In this document: positions 22,301 to 35,085 of the stretch, piece after piece
Layout of the letters: every line of letters starts with the position of its first letter
How positions within the stretch are numbered: position 1 is the first letter of the stretch
Source: Octopus sinensis
Lineage: Eukaryota
Direction of reading: 5' to 3'
Length of the DNA: 58,121 bases
Assembly: GCF_006345805.1 (NCBI RefSeq)
Contig: NW_021833654.1
Location: 1 to 58,121 of the forward strand
The notes under the pieces: model-generated
What the model saw: the letters and a program-made list of their open reading frames with translations, nothing else
Database searches by the model: none
What the model was told of the DNA's origin: nothing
Translations under genes and position numbers: made by a program

Positions 22301-23844
22301 CCCTTTTGTTACCATATTTCTGTTGAGATGCTCTGTGTTTCTTTCAATTGATTTTAAATATAACAAAGAATTTAGTAAAATAACTCATTAAGCTAGTGTT
22401 AGGAACATAAATTGTGACTAAGGTTTGGTGGAAGATTTTAATTCAAAACTTAGGAAAACAAGACATTTGTACTACAGAACCAGTTTCAGCCAGGTTGGTA
22501 TCAAAAGGGTTAAAAATATCATGGTTGACTTAAACCCTTTTGTTACCATATTTCTGTTGAGATGTTCTGTGTTTCTTTCAATTGATTTTAAATATAACAA
22601 AGAATTTAGTAAAATAACTTATCATTCAGCTAGTGTTAGGAACATAAATTGTGACTAAGGTTTGGTGGAAGATTTTAATTGAAAACTTATGAAAACAAGA
22701 CATTTGTACTACAGAATCAGAGTTGGTTTCAGCAGGGTTGGTATCAAAAGGGTTAAAAATATCATGGTGACTTTAAACCTTTTGTTACCATATTTCTGTT
22801 GAGATGTTCTGTGTTTCTTTCAATTAATTTTAGGAACATAAATTGTGACTAAGGTTTGGTGGAAGATTTTAATTCAAAACTTACGAAAACAAGACATTTG
22901 TACTACAGAACCAGTTTCAGCCAGGCTGGTATTGAAAGGGTTAAAAATATCATGGATACTTTAACGCTTTTGTTACCATATTTCTGTTGAGATGCTCTGT
23001 GTTTCTTTCAATTATAACAAAGAATTTAGTAAAATAACTTAGTTATCATTCAGCTAGTGTTAGGAACATAAATTGTGACTAAGGTTTAGGGGAAGATTTT
23101 AATTCAAAACTTATGAAAACAAGACATTTGTACTACAGAGCCAGAGGTGGTTTCAACCAAGTTGGTATCGAAAGGGTTAAAAATATCATGGTGACTTAAA
23201 CCCTTTTGTTACCATATTTCTATTGAGATGCTCTGTGTTTCTTTCAATTAATTTTAAAATAACAAAGAATTTAGTAAAATAACTTGGTTATCATTCAGCT
23301 AGTGTTAGGAATATAAATTGTGGAAGATTTTAATCCAAAACTTATGAAAACAAGACATTTGTACTACAGAACCAGTTTCGGCCAGGCTGGTATTGAAAGG
23401 GTTAAAAATATCATGGATACTTTAACGCTTTTGTTACCATATTTCTGTTGAGATGCTCTGTGTTTCTTTCAATTAATTTTAAATATAACAAAGAATTTAG
23501 TAAAATAACTTAGTTATCGTTCAGCTAGTGTTAGGAACATAAATTGGGACTAAGGTTTAGGGGAAGATTTTAATTCAAAACTTATGAAAACAAGACATTT
23601 GTACTACAGAGCCAGAGGTGGTTTCAACCAAGTTGGTATCGAAAGGGTTAAAAATATCATGGTGACTTAAACCCTTTTGTTACCATATTTCTGTTGAGAT
23701 GCTCTGTGTTTCTTTCAATTAATTTTAAAATAACAAAGAATTTAGTAAAATAACTTGGTTATCATTCAGCTAGTGTTAGGAATATAAATTGTGGAAGATT
23801 TTAATCCAAAACTTATGAAAACAAGACATTTGTACTACAGAGCC
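22301..23844. mobile_element. Head-to-tail heptamer of a piggyBac-type MITE of about 220 bp (family P2)
   Basis: TTAA-CCCTTTTGTTACC...GGTATCAAAAGGG-TTAA units starting at about 22301, 22535, 22778, 22965, 23201, 23426 and 23672, with an AAATATCATGGTGACT-type spacer. The last unit is truncated but followed by TTAA. Confidence 0.9.
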
Positions 23845-24239
23845 TTAACTTAAAATGGATACCAAACATTGTCACTCGATACTAACACACTGAACATACT
23901 AAATTTCTAAGTCCGGTCATGTGACTATCATCTACCAATCAAATCCTATTCAAAATATGTACTAATTTTAGCCATGAACTCCCTATAAAAATAGGACAAG
24001 CTTCAAACACTAGTCAGAAGCAAGACTGTTGTGACATAAGCCACGTCTTTCTGTTTTGACTTTTTGAAAATCAGGGTAAATAGTGAAACTGGTTTAATCT
24101 TTAAATATAATTAATAATAATAAAATATTTTAACTGTTCTCAGTGTGTGTGTGTGTGTGTTTGTATACGTAAGACTAGGGTGGGTGAGGTTACTGGCAGA
24201 TCTAGTTAACGTATAGATGTCTCTTCATTGGCTCTTACA

Positions 24240-24768
24240 TGCATGCACACACGCACATATACATATGTACATGCATGCATACACACATACAGGCACACAT
24301 TCCTACACACAAAAACATAGACATACACACATATACACATACATACATACATACACATACATACACACACATACAGACACATACATACGTATATACATAT
24401 GTACGTATGTACATAAACATATATGTACGTACATGCATACACATACATACACACACACACACAAATATACATACATACACACACACACACATACATACAT
24501 ACACACACATACAGACACACACCCATACACACACCCATACACACACACATACACACACACATACAGACATACACACACATACAGACATACATACACACAC
24601 ATACAGACACATATATACACATACACACATACACACACACATACATACATACACATACATACATATATACATACATACACACACATGCATACACACACAC
24701 ACACACACATGCATACACACATACATACATACATACATACATACATACATACATACACATATATACAT
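24240..24768. repeat. (CATA)n/(CA)n microsatellite
   Basis: Direct reading. Confidence 0.92.
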
Positions 24769-25059
24769 AAGACAGCTGGATGTAATTACATATTGACATA
24801 CCTAAGGCTGTAGGGTATGATTTGAGGAAGATTTGGTTGCTATTTCTGGCAGGATGAATTACCATGCAGATACTTCCTTGTTGTTAATATCTTCTATTAA
24901 CAACAACTATTCTTCTTCTTGTTGCTGTTGCTGGCGACAGTTAAATGTAATTGCTTTAACGAAACAAAAGAAATCTTACTTAATTCCTTGTTATGGTTGG
25001 TGTCCATTGTTGTTGCTAGTAATGTTGGTGTGGTCTGGCCTGCTGATTGTGTTGAGATT

Positions 25060-25179
25060 CACAGGGACAGACAGACAGACAAATGGATGGATGGATGGAT
25101 TGATAGGTAGGTAGACAGATAGATAGATAGATTGATAGATGGGGGATAGATAGATAGATAGATAGATAGATTGATAGAC

Positions 25180-25219
<40 letters not shown>

Positions 25220-25760
25220 GGAGATAGATAGAAAGATAGGTAGGTAGGTAGGTAGATAGATAGATAGGTAAATAGATAGATAGATAGATAGGTAAATAGA
25301 TAGATAGGTAAATAGATAGATAGGTAAATAGATAGATAGATAGATAACTAGATAAATAGATAGACAACTAGATAAATAGGTAGATATAGATAGATAGATA
25401 GGTAAATAGATAGATAGATAGATAGGTAGATAGATAGGCAGATAGATAGGTAGATAGATAGGCAGATAGATGGATAGATAGGTAGATAGATAGGCAGATA
25501 GAAAGATAGGTAGGTAGGTAGATAGATGGATTGATATACAGGGAGAGATAGATAGATAAGGAGATAGATAGATAGATAGGTAAGGAGAGAGGTAGATAGA
25601 TAAATAGAGAGATAGGCAGAGAGATAGATAGATAGACAGAATGACACAGATAGACATAGATAGATAGATAGATAGATAGATAGGCAGATTAGATAGAAAG
25701 ATAGACAGCTAGAGAGGCAGATAGACTTGTAAGTAGGAAGACAGAAGTTGATAGAGAGAT
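25060..25760. repeat. (GATA)n/(GGTA)n microsatellite
   Basis: Direct reading. Confidence 0.92.
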
Positions 25761-25997
25761 AGACAATGTTGTGGTTTTTCTTGTGGTGAAGGTGGTGGAG
25801 GTGTAATTGCAGTTTAGATCATTAATTTGATTGTAAGATAGATAATTAGTTATACAGACATAGGTATGTCGTTAGATAGATCCAAGTAGACAATTGACAG
25901 ATAGATAGTTAGAGGGAAAGATAGGTACAGAGATAGACAGGTAGGTAGGTAGATAGATAGGTAGGTAGGTAGATAGAATGTGACAAAGAACTAATTA

Positions 25998-26036
25998 GTG
26001 AGCACACACACACATACATACACACATACACTTCTG

Positions 26037-26111
<75 letters not shown>

Positions 26112-26117
26112 GTACAC

Positions 26118-26151
<34 letters not shown>

Positions 26152-26241
26152 ACATATATATACATACATATATATACATATACATACATATACATACATA
26201 TATATACATATATATATATATACATATATATACATATATAT

Positions 26242-26304
<63 letters not shown>

Positions 26305-26321
26305 TATATATATATATATAT

Positions 26322-26354
<33 letters not shown>

Positions 26355-26362
26355 ATATACAT

Positions 26363-26396
<34 letters not shown>

Positions 26397-26665
26397 ATAT
26401 ACATATATATATATATACACATATACATATATATATATATACATATACACATACATATATATACATATACATATATATATACACATATATATATACACAT
26501 ATACACATACATATATACATATACACATACATATATATACACATATACACATACATATATATACATATACACATACATATACACATACATATATATACAT
26601 ATACACATATATATATACATATATATATATACATATACATATACACCCCACACACACACACAAGG
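25998..26665. repeat. (TA)n/(CATA)n microsatellite
   Basis: Direct reading. Confidence 0.92.
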
Positions 26666-26781
26666 GAGAGACAGAGAGAGAAGAAATTGTAGAACCTGTA
26701 ATTACAACCGGATTCTTTACAGTGAATGTGTGTACGTGTGTGAATGAGTGCATACACACACACGCACACACGTCTGTATGC

Positions 26782-26813
<32 letters not shown>

Positions 26814-26885
26814 AAGAGAGAGATAGAATGTTTGTGTCTCTGTTTGCTGGTTCTTGGCGCTGCTACTTTACCAAAACTTTCAAAC

Positions 26886-26923
26886 ATGGATCTATCAGAA
26901 TACATCCGTCATGTCCAGAAAAG
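26886..26923 (+). CDS. Candidate coding exon segment (MDLSEYIRHVQK), phase-2 donor
   Basis: AAAAG|GTGACC donor. Phase 2 joins the 30191 exon to give Ser. The acceptor or start is uncertain. Confidence 0.3.
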
Positions 26924-27156
26924 GTGACCTTTGTTTTTAACGCTTGTTTCATTTTCTTTTCTTCTTTTTTTTTCTTCTTCCCCCACCCCAGCCCCACCCC
27001 TACACCCCCCCACCCCAAGCACGTTATGCATTTTAGTTTTCGCTTACTGTATGCTGCATTTGTTAATGTGCATTTGTGCATTTTATAATCTGTGTATGTT
27101 ATATATTGCATTTGTTATTGTTGTTGTATAGCCCCAGGTAAGTCCTGGTCCAGAAG

Positions 27157-28421
27157 ACCCAGGTGTAAAATTGTTCCATCCCTAACTTACCCTACCTTTT
27201 GTCCATCCAACATGTCTTTCCTGGGTGGGTGATGCTCTGCTTGTTTACCCCAGGTCAGATCTTGAACAGACCCAGATGTAAAATTGTTCCATCCCTAACT
27301 TACCCTACCTTTTGTCCATCCAACATGTCTTTCCTGGGTGGGTGATGCTCTGCTTGTTTACCCCAGGTCAGATCTTGAACAGACCCAGATGTAAAATTGT
27401 TCCATCCCTAACTTACCCTACCTTTTCTCCATCCAACATGTCTTTCCTGGGTGGGTGATGCTCTGCTTGTTTACCCCAGGTCAGATCTTGAACAGACCCA
27501 GATGTAAAATTGTTCCATCCCTAACTTACCCTACCTTTTGTCCATCCAACATGTCTTTCCTGGGTGGGTGATGCTCTGCTTGTTTACCCCAGGTCAGATC
27601 TTGAACAGACCCAGATGTAAAATTGTTCCATCCCTAACTTACCCTACCTTTTGTCCATCCAACATGTCTTTCCTGGGTGGGTGATGCTCTGCTTGTTTAC
27701 CCCAGGTCAGATCTTGAACAGACCCAGATGTAAAATTGTTCCATCCCTAACTTACCCTACCTTTTGTCCATCCAACATGTCTTTCCTGGGTGGGTGATGC
27801 TCTGCTTGTTTACCCCAGGTCAGATCTTGAACAGACCCAGATGTAAAATTGTTCCATCCCTAACTTACCCTACCTTTTCTCCATCCAACATGTCTTTCCT
27901 GGGTGGGTGATGCTCTGCTTGTTTAGCCCCAGGTCAGAACTGCTTGAACAGACCCAGGTGTAAAATTGTTCCATCCATAACTTACCCTACCTTTTGTCCA
28001 TCCAACATGTCTTTCCTGGGTGGGGGATGCTCTGCTTGTTTAGCCCCAGGTCAGATCTGCTTGAACAGACCCAGGTGTAAAATTGTTCCATCCATAACTT
28101 ACCCTACCTTTTGTCCATCCAACATGTCTTTCCTGGGTGGGTGATGCTCTGCTTGTTTAGCCCCAGGTCAGAACTGCTTGAACAGACCCAGGTGTAAAAT
28201 TGTTCCATCCCTAACTTACCCTACCTTTTGTCCATCCAACATGTCTTTCCTGGGTGGGGGTGCTCTGCTTGTTTAGCCCCAGGTCAGAACTGCTTGAACA
28301 GACCCAGGTGTAAAATTGTTCCATCCCTAACTTACCCTACCTTTTGTCCATCCAACATGTCTTTCCTGGGTGGGGGATGCTCTGCTTGTTTAGCCCCAGG
28401 TCAGAACTGCTTGAACAGACC
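27157..28421. repeat. Minisatellite, 11 units (113-bp type, then 116-117-bp type)
   Basis: Unit starts at 27157, 27270, 27383, 27496, 27609, 27722, 27835, 27952, 28069, 28186 and 28302. Confidence 0.95.
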
Positions 28422-28553
28422 TTGGCTCTCATCCTTTCGGGGTTGATAAATTAAGTACCAGTTACGCACTGGGGTCGATGTAATCGACTTAATTCCTTTG
28501 TCTGTCCTTGTTTGTCCCCTCTATGTTTAGCCCCTTGTGGGCAATAAAGAAAG
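28422..28553 (+). mobile_element. Family-B SINE 3' part
   Basis: TCATCCTTTCGGGGTTGATAAATTAAGTACCAG...GCCCCTTGTGGGCAATAAAGAAA. Confidence 0.85.
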
Positions 28554-28554
28554 A

Positions 28555-28710
28555 AGCTTGCTTCCCAACCATATGGTTCTGTGTTCTGTCCTGCTGTGTG
28601 ACACCTTGGCACCTTGGGCAAGTGCCTTCTACTGTAGCCTCAGGCCAACCAAAGTCCTGTGAGTGAATTTGTGGATTTGGTAGATGGAAACTGAAAGAAG
28701 CCCATCATAT
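28555..28710 (+). mobile_element. Family-A SINE 5' half, diverged
   Basis: CCCAACCATATGGTTC...GGAAACTGAAAGAAGCCC. Confidence 0.75.
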
Positions 28711-28721
28711 GTATATATGAT

Positions 28722-29099
28722 GGAAGCACTCCGTCGGTTACGACGACGAGGGTTCTGGTTGATCCGATCAACGGAACAGCCTTCTCGTGAAATTAACGTG
28801 TAAGTGCCTGAGCACTCCACAGACATGTGTACCCATAATGTAGTTCTCGGAGATATTCAGCGTGACACAGAGAGTGACAAGGCCGGCCCCTTTGAAATAC
28901 AGGTACAACAGAAACAGGAAGAAAGAGTGAGAGAAAGTTGTGGTGAAAGAGTACAGCAGGGGTCACTACCATCCCTGCCGGAGCCTCGTGGAGCTTTAGG
29001 TGTTTTCGCTCAATAAACACTCATAACGCCCGGTCTGGGAATCGAAACCGCGATCCTACGACCGCGAGTCCGCTGCCCTAACCACTAGGCCATTGCGCC
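28722..29099 (-). mobile_element. Family-D SINE (tRNA-Arg-like head), near full length
   Basis: Head is the reverse complement of the 2780-2860 type, with a distinct body and tail. Confidence 0.85.
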
Positions 29100-29118
29100 C
29101 CCTATGTATATATATATG

Positions 29119-29232
29119 TCATCATCATCATCATCATTTAACGTCCGTTCTCCATGCTAGCATGGGTTGGACGGTTCGACCAGGGATCTGGGAAGCTAGA
29201 AGGCTGCACCAGGCTCCGGTCTTATCTGGCAA
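29119..29232 (-). mobile_element. Family-C RTE-type 3' end fragment
   Basis: (CAT)n tail and body. Confidence 0.8.
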
Positions 29233-29263
29233 TATGTGTGTATATATATATATACACTCAATA

Positions 29264-29345
<82 letters not shown>

Positions 29346-29348
<3 letters not shown>

Positions 29349-29515
29349 GAGAATTCGCAGAAAAACAAAAGACGAAGACAGGTGGTGTAGACAACAAACA
29401 GATGTATTAGTTTAACGCTCGGGAAGTGAAAAAGTCCTTAACGTTTCGAGCCTATGCTCTTCCACAGAAGGAACAAGGAGAGAAAATAAAGAATGTGTAG
29501 TGGCTAGCGATTTAT
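29346..29515 (-). mobile_element. Penelope-like terminal-repeat fragment (copy 1)
   Basis: Homologous to 33000-33168, abuts (TA)n, carries a hammerhead-like fold. Confidence 0.65.
29435..29472 (-). ncRNA. Minimal type I hammerhead ribozyme-like motif with variant core
   Basis: UCCUU-CUGUGGA-A-GAGC(AUAG)GCUC-GAA-ACGU-U-AAGGA: 5-bp stem I, 4-bp stem II, palindromic stem III, GUU site. Confidence 0.65.
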
Positions 29516-29570
29516 CATTGCGAATGCTGGACAGATGGGTCACGCAGGAGGACTACCATATATGTATGTA

Positions 29571-29630
<60 letters not shown>

Positions 29631-29633
<3 letters not shown>

Positions 29634-30000
29634 GGAGTGGCTGTGTGGTAAGTAGCTTGCTTACCAACCACATGGTTCCAGGTTCAGTCCCACTGTGTGG
29701 CACCTTGTGCAAGTGTCTTCTACTATAACTTCAGGCCAATCAAAGCCTAGTAGATGGAAACTGAAAGAAGCCCATCATGTGTGTGTGTGTTTGTTTGTTT
29801 TTGTTTCCCCATCACCACTTGACAACCAGTGTTGGTGTGTTTATGTCCTTGTAACTTAGCAGCTTAGCAAAAGAGACCAATAGAATAAGAACCAGGCTTA
29901 CAAAGAATAAGTCTTCGGGGTCGATTTCGTCGACAGAAACCCTTTAAGGTGGTGCCCCAGCATGGCCACAGTCAAATGACTGGAACAAATAAAAGAATAA
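29631..30000 (+). mobile_element. Family-A SINE, full length
   Basis: Head to AAAAGAAT tail. Confidence 0.88.
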
Positions 30001-30190
30001 AAAAATATCTTATTCTTTGTCCCTCACCCTCTCTCTCTCTCTCTGTTTCCCCTCTTTCCTTGACCCTCCTCCTCTTCCCTATCTTTATCTCTCTCTCTTT
30101 CCCTGTTCTCTTTCCTTGACCCTCCTCCTCTTCCCTATCTTTATCTCTCCCTCCCTCTCTCTCTCTCACACTCACTCTCTTTCTCTTCAG

Positions 30191-30479
30191 TGTAAAATGC
30201 TCTTCCGGTTGCCATGACAACAACACTACTACCACCACCGCCGCCACCACCACCACTTCCATCCAGGGCACACTAAGGGGCCCGGTCGATGTAGAGAGCT
30301 TCCAGAAGACCCTCCTCGCCGTGCAGTGCGGGTGCAATGCTGCGGCCGTCTCTGCTGGCACTGACTTCAGCTTCGCCCTAAAACACCACGGCATCAACAA
30401 CAACAACAACAGCAGCAGCAACAACAACAACATCACCACCAACAACAACAACAAACAGTCTATCACCAAAAAGCTTAAG
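30191..30479 (+). CDS. Candidate coding exon with Thr/Asn homopolymer linkers
   Basis: Long polypyrimidine tract TTCTCTTCAG|. 96 open codons VKCSSGCHD...SIQGTLRGPVDVESFQKTLLAVQCGCNAAAVSAGTDFSFALKHHGINNN...KKLK. Donor AG|GTTCGT (or |GTATGT at 30484). Confidence 0.55.
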
Positions 30480-30532
30480 GTTCGTATGTGTACATATGTA
30501 TATATATATATTATCTTTTTTTTTTTTTTTTT

Positions 30533-30924
30533 TTACTTGTTTCAGTAATTTGACTGCGGCCATGCTGGAGCACCGCCTTTTTTTAGTCGAGCAACTCAAC
30601 CCCGGGACTTATTCTTTTTTGTAAGCCCAATACTTATTCTATCGGTCTCTTTTTGCCGAACCGCTAAGTGACGGGGACATAAACACACCAGCATCGGTTG
30701 TCAAACAATGCTAGGGGGACAAACACACAAACACATACACATACATATATATACATATATACGACAGGCTTCTTTCAGTTTCCGTCTACCAAATCCACTC
30801 ACAAGGCATTGGTCGGCCCGGGGCTATAGCAGAAGACACTTGCCCAAGGTGCCACGTAGTGGGACTGAACCCTGAACCATGTGGTCGGTAAGCACGCTAC
30901 TTACCACACAGCCACTCCTGCGCC
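30533..30924 (-). mobile_element. Family-A SINE, full length
   Basis: Complete match. Confidence 0.92.
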
Positions 30925-30967
30925 TGTGGTATATATATGTATATATATATTATCTTTTTTCCCCTTC

Positions 30968-31344
30968 TCTTTTGCTTGCTTCTGTCGGTTGACTACGGCC
31001 ATGCTGGAGCACCGTCTTAATGGATTTTAGTTCCAGAAATCAACACAAGGACCTATTTGTTTATAAGCCTGGTATTTATTCTATCGGTGTCTGTTGCCAA
31101 ACTACTAAGTTACAGGGACGTAAACACACCAACATTGGTTGTCAGGCTGTCATGTTGGATAAACAAAGACACACACACACACACACACAACTGGCTTCTT
31201 TCAGTTTCCGTCTACTAAATCCACTCGCAAGGCTTTGGTTGGCTTAAGGCTATAGCAGAAGACACTTGCCCAAGGTGTCCTGCTGTGGGACTGAACCCAG
31301 AACCATGTGGTTGAGAAGCAAGCTCCTTATCACACAACTACAAC

Positions 31345-31345
<1 letters not shown>
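30968..31345 (-). mobile_element. Family-A SINE, older
   Basis: Diverged match. Confidence 0.8.
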
Positions 31346-31391
<46 letters not shown>

Positions 31392-31409
31392 ATATATATA
31401 TACACACAC

Positions 31410-31456
<47 letters not shown>

Positions 31457-31458
<2 letters not shown>

Positions 31459-31688
31459 TTTCTTTACTACATACAAGGGGCTAAACGTAGAGGGGACAAA
31501 CAAGGACAGACAAAGGGATTAAGCCGATTACATTGACCCCAGTGCGAAACTGGTACTTAATTTATCGACCCCCGAAAGGATGAAAGGCAAAGTCGATCTC
31601 GGCGGAATTTGAACTCAGAACATAATGGCAGACGAAATACCACAAAGCATTTCGCCCGGCGTGCTAACATTTCTCCCAGCTCGCTGCC
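31457..31688 (-). mobile_element. Family-B SINE
   Basis: Reverse match including the head GGCAGCGAGCTGG. Confidence 0.85.
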
Positions 31689-31710
31689 TAAGTATATATA
31701 CATACATACA

Positions 31711-32079
31711 TCTCTCTATATATAAACGGCAGTTTGTCTGTGTGTGTGTCTGTGTGTCTGTCAGGTTGTACCCTCACCCTGACCATGGCTTTCAACCGAT
31801 TCTGATGAAACTTGACACACACATAGCCCAATGTCATAATTCAAAACTAACGCAGCGAAAATTTTGAAAAGTTCCCCCAGTTCTGAAAAAAATCGATAAA
31901 TTCGACATGGGGTCGAGAATCAGAAACACAAACCACAGACTGTCTAGGGGACGCAACTCGACCTTTTTAACTCTCATAATTTTTTTTCCATTTTTTTCTA
32001 TTTTTTGGCTATAACTCTCTACAAATGCTTTATAGTTATTTCCCTTACAAACCCGAGCAACGCCGGGCGATACTGCTAG
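31711..32079 (+). mobile_element. Non-autonomous Helitron (H3) with a different 5' part and the shared 3' end
   Basis: A|TC start, CCCGAGCAACGCCGGG hairpin, CTAG|T. Confidence 0.82.
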
Positions 32080-32339
32080 TATATATATATATATATTTAT
32101 ATATGCATATACGCCCATGGCCATTAGAGTCTGACAAGCTGTCTATAAGGCTAAGTGCTTTATAGATGCAAAACCATTGGTCAGTTTATGACTGGCCATA
32201 TAATTAACACACACACACACACACACACACATATGTATCTGCCAGCATGGAAAGTGGACGTTAAACGATGATGATGATGTAATTAAAAAAAATCCAAGGA
32301 TTGATGTATAGGAAGTTTTTAAGTTTCGAGCAGTACATT

Positions 32340-32750
32340 ATCATCATCATCACCATCTTCATTTAACGTCCACTTTCCATGCTGGCATGGGTTGGATGGT
32401 TTGACTGAGGACTGGCAAGCCAGGAGACTACACCAGGCTCCAATCTGATCTGGCAATGTTTCTACAACTGGATGCCCTTCCTAACGCCAACCATTCTGAG
32501 AGTGTAGTGGGTGCTTTTTACTTGCCACCAACACAGGGCCAGTGAGGTGGCACTGGCATAGACCATGCTCGAATGCTGCTTTTTACATGCCCCCAGCACA
32601 GGAGCCAGTCAGGTGGCACTGACAATGACCATGTTCGAACGGTGCTGTTTATGTGCCACCGGCATGGGACCAGTCACACAGCACTGGCATCAACCACACT
32701 TGTATAGTACTTTTTAGATGCCACTGGCACGGGAGCCTGTCCGGTGGGAC
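32340..32750 (-). mobile_element. Family-C RTE-type 3' end, older
   Basis: (CAT)n tail and diverged internal repeats. Confidence 0.8.
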
Positions 32751-32999
32751 TGGATGATACAACAGTGTTCAGAACAATAATAATTTATTTGTGTCAATGG
32801 TTGTAGACTTTTCCCATATCAGAGTTCGATAAACTGAAAAAATATTTTAGGGCTAGAAACTTGAATTGCTATGATGGCAAACAAAAATCCAAATTGCATA
32901 GCTAGCTGTATACCTCACATTGAGTAATTATTACATCCGCTAGCTAAGAAACATGCGTAGCCTGGATTTTACCTGCTCCACTCTCTCAATCTGGATTAT

Positions 33000-33167
33000 A
33001 GATCGTTAGCCACTACACACATTTTTTTCTCTCCTTGTTTTTTCTGTGTCCCTTTCTGTAGAAGAGCAAAGGCTCGAAATGTAAAAGACTTTTTTTATTC
33101 CTGAGCGTTATACTAATACATCTGTTTGTTTTGTACACATCTTTTGTTTTTTTTCGTAATCTCTCCC

Positions 33168-33168
<1 letters not shown>
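33000..33168 (+). mobile_element. Penelope-like terminal-repeat fragment (copy 2)
   Basis: Homologous to 29346-29515, abuts (TA)n. Confidence 0.65.
33052..33087 (+). ncRNA. Minimal type I hammerhead ribozyme-like motif with variant core
   Basis: CUUU-CUGUAGA-A-GAGC(AAAG)GCUC-GAA-AUGU-A-AAAG. Confidence 0.55.
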
Positions 33169-33205
<37 letters not shown>

Positions 33206-33234
33206 ATACATACATACATACATATATATACATA

Positions 33235-33746
33235 CTGTAAATCCTCGAGTATAATCCGCATTTTTTCCCCAAAATTTAAAGGTCAAAATCCCTCATGCGT
33301 ACTATATACGAGGTTAAAAAGGAAAATTATTTTCTAAGCAATGTCTGAGTCTCTATTTGCTGTCCAGCAATGTTTATTCAGACGCATTTTGTGATGTCGG
33401 GCGCGAAAATACCTTAAGCTAAGCCTGAAAGCAATGAAGTCATAAAAGAATCATCCATAACTTGCAGTAAGCAACATTTATTAAACGTTATTACTGTTAT
33501 TTCTTTATTTTCTACAAACAAAATGCACAAAAAAGCCACACGTTTGAATTATGTTATATATACAATAATAATAAAGGACGTTACTGTATACATTTTTACA
33601 AACCAAGGACGTTATATAGACCTCCTTGACTCAAGTTAGAGAAGGGGTGTGTATTATACACAAGGTTTAGGTTTTTCAGAGGTACAGCCCCCTAAAAATC
33701 CCCTGCATATTATACTCAAGAGCAGACTATGCTCAAGGATTTATGG
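33235..33746. mobile_element. Tc1/mariner-pogo type MITE
   Basis: TA-CTGTAAATCCTCGAGTATA...TATGCTCAAGGATTTATGG-TA degenerate TIRs. Confidence 0.75.
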
Positions 33747-33831
33747 TATATATATATATATAGATATATATACGGCATCATGTAAAAAGCATCCAGTCCA
33801 CTCTGTAAAGTGGTTGGTGTTTGGAAGTGCA

Positions 33832-34380
33832 TCATCATCATCATCGTTTAGCGTCCGCTTTCCATGCTAGCATGGGTTGGACGGTTCAACTGGGGTCTGG
33901 GAAACCAGGAGGCTGCACCAGGCTCCAGTCTGATCTGGCAGTGTTTCTACAGCTGGATGCCCTTCCTAACGCCAACCACTCCGTGAGTATAGTGGGTGCT
34001 TTTTACGTGCCACCGGCACAGGTTCCAGAGGAGGCTGGCAAACGACCACGGTTGGATGGTGCTTTTTATGTGCCACCGGCACAGGTTCCAGAGGGGGCTG
34101 GCAAACGGCCACGGTCGGATGGTGCTTTTTACGTGCCACCGGCACGGAGGCCATGCGAGGCTGGCAATGGCCATGATCGGATGGTGCTTTTTACGTGCCA
34201 CCGGCACGGAGGCCAGTCAGAGCGGCGCTGGCAATGGCCACAATCGGATGGTTCACTTACATGCCACCGGCACTGTTATCACAGCTGCAATTTCCATTGA
34301 TGTTGATCGAAAAACCATACCAAAACTGACCTCTCTGGCGCTGGTGCCACGTAAAATGCACTGAGTCCAGTCTGTAAGGT
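33832..34380 (-). mobile_element. Family-C RTE-type 3' end with 60-bp minisatellite
   Basis: (CAT)n tail and four GGATGGTGCTTTT..TGCCACCGGCAC units. Confidence 0.88.
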
Positions 34381-34419
34381 GGTTGTAGTGTCCCTTCTTG
34401 GCTCGTACATATATACATA

Positions 34420-35085
34420 CATAAGTAGAATGTGATTTGAGGCTCAAACATAGATACATATATAAGACAGTAGTGTGTGATTTGAAGGAGATTTGGCTGC
34501 TATTTTTGACAGTTCAAGCTACCATGTAGAGGTCTCCTTCATTGGCTCATACATACATAAGACAGTAGGGTGTGATTTGAAGGAGATTTGGCTGCTATTT
34601 CTACCAGTTCTAGCTACCAAGTAGAGGTCTCCCTCATTGGCCCATACATACATGGATACATACATAGGACAGTAGGGTGTGATTTGAAGGAGATTTGGCT
34701 GCTATTTCTACCAGTTCTAGCTACCAAGTAGAGGTCTCCCTCATTGGCCCATACATACATGGATACATACATAGGACAGTAGGGTGTGATTTGAAGGAGA
34801 TTTGGCTGCTATTTCTACCAGTTCTAGCTACCAAGTAGAGGTCTCCCTCATTGGCCCATACATACATGGATACATACATAGGACAGTAGGGTGTGATTTG
34901 AAGGAGATTTGGCTGCTATTTCTACCAGTTCTAGCTACCAAGTAGAGGTCTCCCTCATTGGCCCATACATACATGGATACATACATAGGACAGTAGGGTG
35001 TGATTTGGAGGAGATTTGGCTGCTATTTTTGACAGTTTTGGCTTCCATTTAGAGGTTTCCTCTATTGCCTCATATTTACATACAT
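34420..35085. repeat. Tandem array of a (CATA)n-associated repeat; four identical 107-bp units
   Basis: ACAGTAGGGTGTGATTTGAAGGAG starts at 34467, 34562, 34669, 34776, 34883 and 34990. Confidence 0.92.

Noticed and set aside
24206-26771. Long ORFs rich in YI/CV/HT/LSIY (also at 14.9-15.6, 35.1-37.1 and 45.5-48.3 kb)
   Set aside because: They are translations of (TA)n, (CA)n, (CATA)n and (GATA)n microsatellites, open in several frames on both strands.
19993-28421. CRISPR-like regular arrays (139 bp, about 230 bp, 113 bp)
   Set aside because: There are no unique spacers, the units are wholly repeated, no cas genes are present, and the context is eukaryotic.
29972-30469. Minus-strand 165-aa ORF with a signal-peptide-like poly-Leu
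   Set aside because: It is the antisense shadow of (AAC)n and (CT)n tracts. The plus strand has the better splice signals and frame.
30191-30479. Assigning this exon to RCC1-repeat, cystine-knot or cysteine dioxygenase families
   Set aside because: The resemblances are limited to a few residues and are not enough to name a gene without a search.
33821-34300. 159-aa ORF and similar ORFs beginning MLAWVGR or MGVVRNL
   Set aside because: They are chance frames through family-C or Helitron repeats and recur wherever those repeats occur.
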